DNA of 64,000 nucleotides from Octopus sinensis (Eukaryota), in NCBI RefSeq assembly GCF_006345805.1, contig NC_043021.1:13578001-13642000 (forward strand). Direction: 5' to 3'. Position numbers and translations under genes: made by a program. The notes below the pieces were generated by a model. The model ran no database searches and was not told the origin of the DNA. It was given only the letters and a program-made list of their open reading frames with translations. This document shows, one piece after another, positions 52,800 through 64,000 of the stretch; the stretch's first letter is position 1, and every line of letters starts with the position of its first letter.

Positions 52800-53215
52800 G
52801 GATCTTTTCGGTTTGAACGGCAGTTTTTTTAAAATAATTTCCACGAATCTAAACACTTTTAAACTTCGTATACTGGTAGAATGTGCTTATAAAACATCTT
52901 TTTCTCTTGGCTTTATTGAGAAAATTCTATAGTTTGTAAGATATTTGTTGTTTTTTTTTCTTCTTCAATTTCTGCAATTTCGACCAATCAATGAGGTGAA
53001 AAAATTCTGTGCCGTATGAATATGTCCCTCGTTTAAGAAACAGATTGGGTTCATTTATATTTCTGAAGAAAAAAAAAGATACCCTTCGCCCACCCCTAAC
53101 TAACCCTGACCCTAAAACAGATTGAAATGCAATAGATCGATACTACGGTCATAATTATGGGTGACAATTTCATGTGACACCGCTAGAAAAAACTGCCGTT
53201 CAAACCGAAAAGATT
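52800..53215. mobile_element. ~420-bp MITE with GGATCTTTTCGGTTTGAACGGCAG TIRs
   Basis: TIRs at both ends; homologous in reverse orientation to 56098-56524; partial copy from 51853. Confidence 0.8.
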
Positions 53216-56097
53216 ATAGAAAAAAGAAAGAGAGAAAATATTAAAAAAAAATTTATTTGCAGTCTTATTGTCACTCTCTCTCTCTCTCCTTCCTCTAACT
53301 CTTTTCACCCCCCCCCATTTCTCTCTTTCTATTTTTATTTGTATATATTAAAGATAGCCATGTCTTCTTTTATTTCCATGCTCATGGGAATATAAACATC
53401 GGTGTTTGACTGATAATTCATTATTCATCATCTCAAAAAAAAAAAAAAAAAAGCCAATGAAAGGTGAAGAGCCAACCCAAATCGAACTCAGAACATAAAA
53501 GACAGTGACTAAATAATACCATAAAACAGTTTGTCTGAGCCTCTAACAACTCAACCATCTCCCCAGCATTTATATATAATCTAATATCGATTATTTGCTT
53601 TATACTAGCACAAGGTCATAGATTTCGATGTGGGGGGGGGGGTCGGAGAATAAGCTCGGGGGTATCCTCGCTATTACGGTCCTAAATCCAAATTGGTGTC
53701 TCAGTATGGTCCTGTATATCTATCCTATGTCTAGTTCGTTGTTGCTTAGTTATCTAGTGTTTCGCTAATTTTTTTTTTAATGACGAATATACTCGTTGTT
53801 GGGTGGATTCGAATCATTAACGGTGTTGAAAAAAAAGATTGCCTTGTGTTATTTATGTTCCAAGCTCAAATCCCATGGAGTCGAAATTCGTCTTTCATCA
53901 TTCTGGGGTTGATAAATAAAGCACTTGACACCAGGGTCGGTGTAACGAACTATATCTCTCCCTTCAGTTTATTCACCTAGGAGCTGCAAGTTCACGGTTT
54001 CGCTTTTTTTTTTTAAACTTCTTTGATTAAGGCGAACAAAATGCTTAGCGGCATTTCTTTCGGCCTTATCAAATTCCACCCTTTCGTGGTCGACGGTATA
54101 ACTACCATTTAAGCGCTTGGGTCGATGTAATGGATTAGCCATCCCCTCCAGATTTCACGCTTCGTGTCTATATTAGAAAGGGTTATTATTTTATCTTACT
54201 TTCACAATGAAGATTTTTCAGTTTCATTACTTGATTTAAAAGGTGATTGCACCCAGCAATTCGTGCCGTCAGTTATCTAAGAATTTAATAAGTTCAGACG
54301 TCCCACAATCGAAATTCGGACAAAGAATATTGAAAATAGTAGTGTATAAATAACTTTATGTTAAGGTACTCCCTCTCAGAAGGCAAATTAATGGACCTGA
54401 CATTCTTAGGAACTGAACGAGCTTCAATGGAACGGGAAAAAAACAGCGTTTCCATGTTTGACATAAGGCCATAATGTAATAGATATGCCTCCAGGGGCTG
54501 GGGGCATATCTATTACATTGACTCGAGTGCTCAACTGGTGCTTGTTATCAACCCTTCGGCGTAATTTGAGTTCAGTGTGTAGCTAACGATTCTACAGATC
54601 GCCGTCTTAGAAATGCACACTAAAAAAAAAAAAAAGATAGAGACGTATGAAAAGATCGATTTGAATTTAGAAGCACAAGAGCAGGGTACCTATAATTGAT
54701 TCTGCTGACCCATTACTCATATGGAACAATATACATTGCGGTATTACTTCCAGCTCTTTAAGTTCGAGTCCTGCTGAGACCAAGTTAGCTTTTCAACATT
54801 TCAGTCGGAATCGATAAAATAATGAACTGAGTTCGATGTGATCGGCCAACACCAACCTCCATTCAAGTTTGATGGCCTTGGGCCAAAATTAGAAACGACC
54901 ATTTAACCCCATGATAACCGTGATCCTCAAGTCCTATATTTAAAGACGTTCAATTCACCATTATTCTGTATTTTATTATTGTCAGAATTATGCCGTGTCC
55001 AAAAAAAATTCTTTTTTACAGATGGCAGGATTCGGTATTAAGGAGATTTGGCTGCTATTTGTAGCATCTCGAGGTTGCCTTTAGTCCGTACGACTTAATT
55101 GAACTTACATGGACGGAGAGCAGAAAGTCAACTAGGAGTCCACGTCAGCCCTGGTCGAGCTAATCAGTATATTAAAGACATTTTAGCCGTGACCATCCGG
55201 TCAATTTTTCTTCCAGTGCATCTAGAACCACATTTTTCAATGTGTCCAATGAAGAACAACAAAAAAAAAAGGCAATGTGATACGAGGGAGATTTGGTTGC
55301 TATTTCGAGCATCGTAAATCTCTTGGTTTAGTACGGGCGCAAAAATTTTCCACATTATTCGTCACAGTCTCGTGAGGTTCTATGTAGAGAATCGCGCGCA
55401 TTTTTATAGAAAAAAAAGGGAGAATGTATAAAAATATGATGGTTACTGGAAATACTGAAACGGAAACGAAATTCTTTTCGATATGTCAGAAAGGTGAAAA
55501 TTCTTATATTTTAAAGGCATACATATTACGAGAAGATAAAAAAAAAAACATTTAAGTAACTGATAAGTATTTAATTCGAAACAATATTAAAAACACATTA
55601 ATTTTAAAGATCTAATGCAGTATGAGTCAGTAATACTTTCATAAATTACGAGAGAAAAATCGTAACTTAGACATAATTAATTAGAAACAGCATTAAAAAA
55701 AAACATTAATTGTAATATGTAAATGATGTGTAAGATTCAGCAGGAATTTTAAAAAGATGCAAATAATAAACAATATTAATTTTTTTTCGTTTCAGTATTT
55801 CAAGTAAGCCGTGATGTTTTTTATACATACTTCATAGTTTGACAATTAATATAAAATTATGTTACTTAATAGAGAGAAAATTATGAATTCGACAGAATGC
55901 CTCATCGATAATTAAGGAATTTGATCGATAAAATTATAATCGGCATCGGAATAAATGTATGGCTATGATTTTCGTTTCAGATCTGTGATTTCAGGTTCAA
56001 TCCTTCTACACAGTACGACACTTTGGGCATATCTTTTCTTTTTTTCTTTTCTGTCGGGTTGACTATTAAATTAGAAATAAAATTTTGCAGAGAAAAA

Positions 56098-56524
56098 GGA
56101 TCTTTTCGGTTTGAACGGCAGTTTTTTCTAGCGGCGTCATATGAAATTGCCACCCATAATTATGACCGTAGTATCGATCTATTGCATTTCAATCTGTTTT
56201 AGGGTTAGGGTTAGTTAGGGGTGGGGGGGGAAGGGTATCTTTTTTTCTTCACAAATGTAAATAAACCCAATCTGTTTCTTAAACGAGAGACATATTCATA
56301 CGGCACAGAATGTTTTTTTTACCTCAATGGACGTCATTGATTGGTTGAAATTGCAGAAATTGAAGAAGAAAAAAACAACAAATCTCTTACAAACCATAGA
56401 ATTTTCTCAATAAAGCCAAGAGAAAAAGATGTTTTATAAACACGTTCTACCAGTATACGAAGTTTAAAATTTTTTAGTTACCTAGAAATTATGTTAAAAA
56501 CTGCCGTTCAAACCGGAAAGAACC
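56098..56524. mobile_element. ~427-bp MITE of the same family; GG..CC ends, probable 8-bp TSD
   Basis: Flanks gagaaaaa / aagaaaaa (7 of 8 match). Confidence 0.8.
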
Positions 56525-57198
56525 AAGAAAAATTTTGTGAAGACTTGTCGGAGAATCATTTCAATTCTTGTTTGGTAGATTTTTTTTTTTGTGACCCAGT
56601 TAACCACTCGGTGGTTAGAGCATCAGACTCACAATCATGAGGTAGTGAATTTCGATTCCTGAACAAGGCGATGTGTTGTGTTCTTGAGCAAGACACTTTA
56701 TTTCACGTTGCTCCTGTTCGCTCAGCTGTAGAAATGATTTGTGACGTCACTGGTGCCAAACTGTATCAGCCTTTGCCTTTTCCTGGGATAACATCAGTGG
56801 TGTGGAGAGGAGAGGAGGCATGGGCGACTACTGGTCTTCTATAAACAACTTTGCCCAGACTTGTGCCTTGGAGGGAAACTTTCTAGCTACAATCCCTGTG
56901 GTCATTCATGACCAACGCGGGTCTTTACCCTTTTTTAGTGATTGTAATTCCTTTGGTACCTTCAGTAGTATTCTTTCTGTCTGGCAAGCATTTTCTTACT
57001 CCCATCAGTAACAAAAGAAAAGGTCTTGAGCTGCTCCTGTTCCCCTGTGAAAATACAACACAGGAAAAACAATAACAAAAAGCAGATAATTCAGAGATGA
57101 GGAATTATGTACATTATTTACATTTGACAGATATTTGTCCTCATCTTGTTTGTTGTTAACACGTTTCGGCTGATATACCCTCCAGCCTCCAGCCCACA

Positions 57199-57435
57199 GG
57201 CATATGGTGTAGTAGCTAAGAGTGCGGGCTACTAACCCCAAGATTCCAAGTTCAATTCCAAGTAGTGACCTGAACAATAATAATAATAATAATAACATCA
57301 AAAATACCATAGGAATGAGAACCTAAGTTCGAAATTTCCCCAAGACACCTGAAGAAGGCTGGAGGGTATATCAGCCGAAACATTGTGTTAGCAAGAAACA
57401 AGATGAGGACAAATATCCATCTTAATGTAAATAAA
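57199..57435 (+). mobile_element. tRNA-headed SINE-like element with hammerhead-bearing 3' end
   Basis: A-box-like TGGTGTAGTAGCTAAG, B-box-like AGTTCAATTCC, (AAT)n linker, body, hammerhead, AT-rich tail; inverted copy of the tail at ~57085-57188. Confidence 0.6.
57344..57389 (+). ncRNA. Minimal type-I hammerhead ribozyme motif of the Penelope-like-element class
   Basis: GACAC-CUGAAGA-A-GGCUG(gagggtatat)CAGCC-GAAA-CAUU-GUGUU: core boxes, 5-bp stem II, 5-bp stem I (GACAC/GUGUU), vestigial stem III. Confidence 0.7.
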
Positions 57436-57596
57436 GTATAAAAAACAGATATGTGTGGTAAGAATCTTGCTTTCCAACCACATGGTTCCGGGTTCAGTCC
57501 CATTGCATAGCAATTTGGGCAAGAGTCTTCTACTATAGTCTCAGGCTTACCAAAGCTTCATGAGTGGATTTGGTTGTTAGAAACTGAAAGAACCCT

Positions 57597-57649
<53 letters not shown>

Positions 57650-57905
57650 ATATACATATATATGTGTGTTTGTGCAGGTGCGCATGTGTGTGTCTGTGTT
57701 TGTCCCCCACTGCTTGACAACTGGTGTTGGTGTGTTTACATCCCCATAACTTAGCAGTTCTGTAAAAAAAAGACTGATAGAATAAATACCAAGCTAAAGA
57801 AAGAATTACTGGGGTCAAGTAGTTTGAGTTAAAATTCTTCAAGGTGGTGCCCCAGCATGGACACAGTCTAATGACTGAAACAAGTGACAGACAAAAGATT
57901 GATAT

Positions 57906-57945
<40 letters not shown>

Positions 57946-58669
57946 TCGTTACATAACGGAACACCTTAGGTATTTTTAAACCTGGCAATGCCCAACCCTT
58001 CTCAGATCTGACTTCAGTCAATTTGTTTCAGAAAGATAGATAGATAGATAGAAAGAGAAGGCAAGGACATGAACTGGGCCCCAGTATATGACTGATACTT
58101 TATATATTGACCTTGAAAGGATGAAAGGGCAAAGTAGATTTTAGTGGTATTTGAAATAAATATTGCAAAACTCTCAGTCTAATGCTTTAATGAGTCAGTC
58201 AATTTCCTGTTTGTAATTGATAATGAGTAATTAATTTCAGTTTTTGATAACAAGTTTGCATTCATTGTCATTATCTTCACCATTACCACTCAACAACCAT
58301 GCATACTTGACTATAACTAACACTCATACTACCTATGATGAGTGCATATCCTGTTTTATTCTATCATATGTGTACAAAGTTCATTAAAAGCCTTGGCATC
58401 ACCAATCTTGCAGTATTGAGTTCAGTTCTACGTTAGCTGTAAGGTTGTGTCTCTGGGCCTTTTAATACAAATCTTACTCTTCATGAGTTGTGTATATAAG
58501 ATGATGGAAATAATACCAAAAAACAAGCTTGCAATTATCACTTTATTCTTCAGCTAAATGAAATTATACAACGAACCAGATTAATACATCATGAAGAAAT
58601 GTGGACTGTAGAAAATCATTCATAGATAGCTTTTCAAATTCAGTTGAACTTGGTTACACATGCTTCAAG

Positions 58670-59026
58670 GGTAGAGTGGCTGATGCCAGCACCGCCTTGA
58701 CTGGCTCCCGTGCCAGTGGCACGTAAAAAGCACCATCCGAATCGTGGCCGATGCCAGCGCCGCCTTGACTGGCTTCCGTGCCGGTGGCACGTAAACTACA
58801 CCAATCCGATCGTGGCCATTGCCAGCCTCGCCTGGCACCTGTGCAGGTGGCACGTAAAAAGCACCTACTACACTCACGGAGTGGTTGGTGTTAGGAAGGG
58901 CATCCAGCTGTAGAAACACTACCAGATCAGACTGGAGCTTGGTGCAGCCTTCTGGCTTCCCAGATCCCTGGTCGAACTGTCTAACCCATGCTAGCATGGA
59001 GAACGGACGTTAAACGATGATGATGA
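58670..59026 (+). mobile_element. RTE LINE 3'UTR fragment (representative of about 14 copies)
   Basis: ..ggttggtgttaggaagggcatccagctgtagaaac..ccatgctagcatgga..acgttaaac(gat)n. Others at ~9770, 10050, 12040, 15390, 22030, 26730, 39665, 40280, 46620, 48250, 48550, 62760. Confidence 0.8.
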
Positions 59027-59380
59027 TATCCCATATTTGGTAATTTTGTCCACTGTTTCGTACTTACCTTTCAGGGACACCCCAAATATCCCATATTTAG
59101 TTCGTTTTCAAATCTCATAATAAAAATATATTTTTACTACCTTCTTACCATTCTTAGTTGTAACTTTATTAGTAATTATGCTTTCTTTTTTCCTGTTCTC
59201 TTGATGAAAATAACCTTGTAGAGACCTTGTTTGGTCTTACCTGAGATTCAGAATCTAACCTAGAAGTTCTCCCTAGCCATACAGCATATATTGTTCTGTC
59301 AAGGAGGAACACAGATTTATATGGTTTCCACTTGACTCTTATGCTTTATATTTTTAACTAACATCTCTACCTTTATATCA

Positions 59381-59905
59381 TACTCGCAGTATCGCCCGGC
59401 GTTGCTCGGGTTTGTAAGGGAAATAACTATATAAGCATTTTTAGTGAGTTATAGCAAAAAAATAGCAAAAAAATGCATTAAAAATGGAATAAAAAATGAT
59501 GGTAATTTTGGTGTCTTCAAGCCATGAAGTCGTTGTTCTAAAAGAACGCTGGTCTCCTTGACAATGCTTTACGACGTTGATTTCCTTACACTCCCTTCCC
59601 CACAGCTTCACGAGGGAGGGAAGAAGGGGGAGAAGCAACACAGGTGCAGGTGTGACCATGGATGCCAACTCCGCCGCCATCAACACATGAAAAAATATGC
59701 GTTAAAATGGAAAAAAATGATGTTAAATTATTTTTAAATCGTAGACTCATCGTAGACGCGCGCTAATACTCAGACGGGCTCCATATGAATCACGACTATA
59801 AGATACCGGAATTTGGTTAAACTGCACCGCAAAATGTGGGAGTAGTTAGGAATCTAAATCGTAGGAGACAGACACTCACACAACTACAGTTTTATATATA
59901 TAGAT
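59381..59905 (+). mobile_element. Helentron/HINE-like non-autonomous element
   Basis: Starts tact(c)gcagtatcgcccggcgttgctcggg (5' stem-loop), ends cagacac..ttttatatatatagat, a layout typical of DINE-1/Lep1-like elements. Confidence 0.6.
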
Positions 59906-60264
59906 ATCGTTCTGGGTGTATAGGATGTATAAATTTATATATATATATATACAGAGAGATTTTAAGAATGTTCTGTACATCTACTTTTCTAATATGGCAA
60001 CCCTATTCAAGGGGAATGAAAATAATGTGACATGGCTCCCTGAAAACAAACTCTCCCTTTTGTGCTCTCTCTTACCTTACTGAATTAAAATGAAAAACTT
60101 CATGCTATTTGACTGGTGGCCACTATTGCTGTTGGTGCTGCCATCTGCAGTTGTTTTCAGCTTAAGAGGCAGAAAGAAATAGGATTTGCTAAGAAATAGA
60201 AGAGGAGGAGAGATTTCCTTTAAGGGGAGAGAATCACAGAGAAAGATTTTATTTTTTATATACT

Positions 60265-60652
60265 TACTAGCAGTATCGCCCGGCATTGCTCGGGTTTGTA
60301 AGGGAAATAACTATATAAGCATTTTTAGAGAGTTATAGCAAAAAAATGCATTAAAATGGAAAAAAAATTATGGTAATTTTTTTTTAAATCGTTGACTCAT
60401 CGAAGACGTTTTTAGAGAGTTACTTCCCTTATATAATAGCAAAAAAATGCATTAAAATGGAAAAAAATGATGGTAAATTTTTTTTTAAATCGTAGACTCA
60501 TTGTAGACTCGCGCTAATACCCAGAAGGGCCCGATATGAATCACGACTATAAGATACCCGGTTTTGGTTAAACTGCACTGCAAAATGTGGGAGTAGTTAG
60601 GAATCTAAATCGTAGGAGACAGACACACAACCTCTCTTTTATATATAAAGAT
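60265..60652 (+). mobile_element. Second HINE-like copy with different internal duplications
   Basis: tactagcagtatcgcccggcattgctcggg ... ggagacagacacacaacctctcttttatatataaagat. Confidence 0.6.
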
Positions 60653-61552
60653 TTTATTATGTGAGTAGCTATTTCTATATGATTCATTGTTATTTAAAAA
60701 ATAATTTTTTAATGTTTTGGTTGTCCAAGTAGATGCAGATAAATTTATTTCGCTCTGATTTGGAGCTTGTCAATGCACTGCAACTTGGGATCAAACTACC
60801 TGATCGTTTAAAACATTCAGGAACTATGGAAAACAATTGACTTTTCTTTTTCCTTTTTTAAAAAATAAAATGACTGCAACCAACATTTAGAATTTGCTGC
60901 ATTTGGTGGTTTATTGCACAATGTGACTGGATATGCACTCCATATTGCACATAAAACTAGACCAATTGAAATGCCTGACATGGCGAAGTATTTCAGTGTC
61001 ACATGACTAGCTGCATGACCAATCATTAGAAACTTACACATGGAATCCTCTTCACAGTAATTTAGTCTAAACATGCAATTATAAAATCAGTCTCACTACA
61101 CTACCATTCTGAAACAAAGTAATTCCAACTATGATCAATGTTCCTTGCCATTTTCAAGATGTGAGGGAAATCTAGTTGCTATTTATTACAGCAGATCAAG
61201 TCACCAGTATATTATTGTTATCTCTCTATATATAAATGGCAAAATGTGTGTGTGTGTTCTTTATACAAATCCACAATTTTTCAGTTAGAGGGCTCGCACT
61301 TTCTATGGTCATTCAAAACCGTCCAAGGGTGGTCGTGCACATCTTTACATTTCCCCAGTCACCCCGCAAAGCCATTAAAAAAATCCATAGAAGTGACTTT
61401 TTTGTGAATTTTCTATCCAAAACCCAATCAAAATGCCCGAAACTTGATACGCCAATTGAATGCCAGCTAGCTGTATGTGATTGGTCGGAGATTTGGATAG
61501 TACTTGCATGTATGTGCGCATGCACACAGCTGTATATGCATGCACTAGCACC

Positions 61553-62188
61553 TATTAGACTGGCACAGTGTTTGGGTAAATCATGTCAACATAATGAAGG
61601 TTTATAGCCTAGTGGTTAGGGTGCTGTGTTGGACACATGTTCATGTGAGAGTGTGTGCATATATGTGTATGTGTGTGTGTTGTGTGTACATGTGGAAGTA
61701 TAAGTGTGTATGTGTGTGTGTGTGAGTGTGTGTACGTATACATACATATACATATGTATATACATATATATATATACAACACACACACACACATATATAT
61801 ATACATATACACACACATATGGCGCAGGAGTGGCTATGTGGTAAGTAGCTTGCTTACCAACCACATGGTCCCAGGTTCAGTCCCACTGTGTGGCTACTTA
61901 CCACATAGCCACTCCTGCGCCATATGTGTGTGTATGTGTGTGTATATGTATATAAATGTGTGTGTGTATAATATATATATATATGTATATACATATGTAT
62001 GTGTATGTATACGTACATACACTCATACACACACACATACACACTTATACATGCACATGTACACACACACATACACATACATGCACACACTCTCACATGA
62101 ACATGTGTCCAACACAGCACCCTAACCACTAGGCTATAAACCTTCATTATGTTGCCATGATTTACCCAAACACTGTGCCAGTCTAATA
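61553..62188. repeat. Large quasi-palindrome: ~297-bp arms, 43-bp spacer
   Basis: 61553-61849 is the reverse complement of 61893-62188, including unique sequence, microsatellite and a SINE-A head. Confidence 0.9.
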
Positions 62189-63624
62189 TGTGCAATACAT
62201 GGAGTTGGTAGATGTTGGATAAGTGTCAACATTCAGATTCAAAGAGAATTTAACGCTGGGCGTGGAGTCTTGCAGGGAGGTGTTCTGTCTCCTCTTTTGT
62301 TTGTTGTCTGAGTAAACTAGTTAATGAGAGAAGCACTAAGGGAATGGATGGAAAGGAATTTAAAAAAATAATGGCCTGGCTCTCTGCTGGTTGCTATGAC
62401 ACGTGTTCCAATTGATTCGATCAATCATACAGTCTGCTTGTGAAATTAATGTGCAAATGGCTGGGCACTCTACAGACATGCATACCATTAACATACTTTT
62501 CAGCAAGATTCAGCATGACACAGAATTTAACAAGCCTGTTCTTTTGTCTTTCAGGCACAATTCGAATTTTCAAATTTGGCAGCTGTGTGGACTGGAGCAA
62601 CGAGAAATAAAGTGAATTGCTCAAGGATACAGTGCTCAGCTAGAAACTGAACTCACAACCTTACTATAATGAGCAAAATTACTAAGCATTTGGCAAATTT
62701 GCTATTATGTTGACTATATTGTTTTACTTTGTTATGAAACGTGAAAGATATAAAGAATGATATCATCATCATCATCGTTTCATGTCTGTTTTCCATGCTA
62801 GCATGGGTTGGACGGTTCGACCAGGGTCTGGGAAGCCAGGAGGCTGCACCAGTCTGATCTGGTAGTGTTTCTACAGCTGGATGCCCTTCCTAATGCCAAC
62901 CACTCCATGAGTGTTGTGGGTGCTTTTTACGTGCCACCAGCACAGGTGCCAGGAGAGGCTGGCAGCACCCACGATCGGTTGGTGCTTTTTACGTGCCGCC
63001 GGCACAGAAACCAGTCAAGGCGACACTGGCATCAGCCACGTTTGGATGGTGCTTTTTACGTGCCACTGGCACAGGTATCACAACTGCAATTTCCATTTGA
63101 TTTTTTGATGTCGATGTACTTGACTCAATAGGTCTCCTCAAGGACAGCAGGTCACATTATGAACCAAGGTAAGCACAGCAGGTCATTCTGCAATCCAAGG
63201 TACTTTGGATGGGCTGGGGCTATGCAAAACTGGTGCAGGAAAGAGCCATGAACTCACATTATTTGTTGGGTCTTTGCAGTCACAGCATAAAGAAAAAACA
63301 TAATGGAACAGGCAAAAGTGTGAACATCTCTCTCACCTTTGAATTTTCTTTATTGCCACCCATCACCTACTCTTTCTACTCTTTTATTTGTTTCAATCAT
63401 TTGATTGCGGCCATGCTGGGGCACTGCCTTTAGTCGAACAAATCGACCCCAGGACTTATTCTTTGTAAACCTAGTACTTATTTTATTGGTCTCTTTTGCC
63501 GAATCGCTAAGTTACGGGGATGTAAACACACCAACATTGGTTGTCAAATGATGGTGGGAGGACAAACACAGACACACAATGTAGTGAATATTTCAGAAAA
63601 GGACGTTTAAAATGTTATTTTCAG

Positions 63625-63713
63625 CTGAAGATCACAGAGCATGTTTGTCATGCAAAGCGGGAAATCAACTGGTATTGAAATATACATTTCTTACTGATGT
63701 ATTCAAAGCAAAG
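63625..63713 (+). other. Candidate internal exon of an unknown gene
   Basis: ttattttcAG| xEDHRACLSCKAGNQLVLKYTFLTDVFKAK |GTAAGC; strong splice sites, open frame, no recognised homology. Confidence 0.35.
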
Positions 63714-64000
63714 GTAAGCCTATTTCTCATATGTGCATTGCATTGCTTTATCATAATTTTTATGGTGGTTTTTGGAGCAACGGCTCTGATTTTAGCAAGT
63801 GGTATCATATACTCTACTGTATCTTAAATTATACACACACACGCACACGTGCACACACACATACTCTTTTACTTGTTTCAGTCATTTGACTGTGGCCATG
63901 CTGGAGCACCGTCTTTAGTTGAACAAATCTACCCCAGGACTTATTCTTTGTAAGCCTAGTACTTATTCTATCGGCTCTTTTGCCGAACCACTAAGTGACG

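Noticed and set aside
61655-62195. 156-aa and 113-aa ORFs
   Set aside because: Microsatellite and SINE translation inside the palindrome.

Overview
AT-rich, repeat-dense eukaryotic genomic DNA. The SINE/RTE/MITE repertoire suggests an octopus (inference from repeat content). The first 30 kb holds three intron-containing genes. On the + strand are the last two coding exons of an unidentified low-complexity protein with SxIP/KEN-type motifs (1738-2133, 4015-4715). On the - strand are a complete 5-exon C1orf50/DUF2452 homolog (19051->9469, 201 aa) and a complete 6-coding-exon Ran GTPase (29080->24478, 213 aa). The remaining 34 kb has no recognisable protein gene, only candidate exons. It is filled with tRNA-derived SINEs, decayed RTE LINEs with a PHD-like finger inside the RT, RTE 3'UTR fragments, mariner relics, several MITE families, Helentron/HINE-like elements, mini/microsatellites and local foldbacks. 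The most striking observation is a tRNA-headed SINE-like element at ~57.2-57.4 kb. It ends in a Penelope-type minimal hammerhead ribozyme motif and is preceded by an inverted copy of its own 3' end. All alignments and folds were done by eye; no searches were run.
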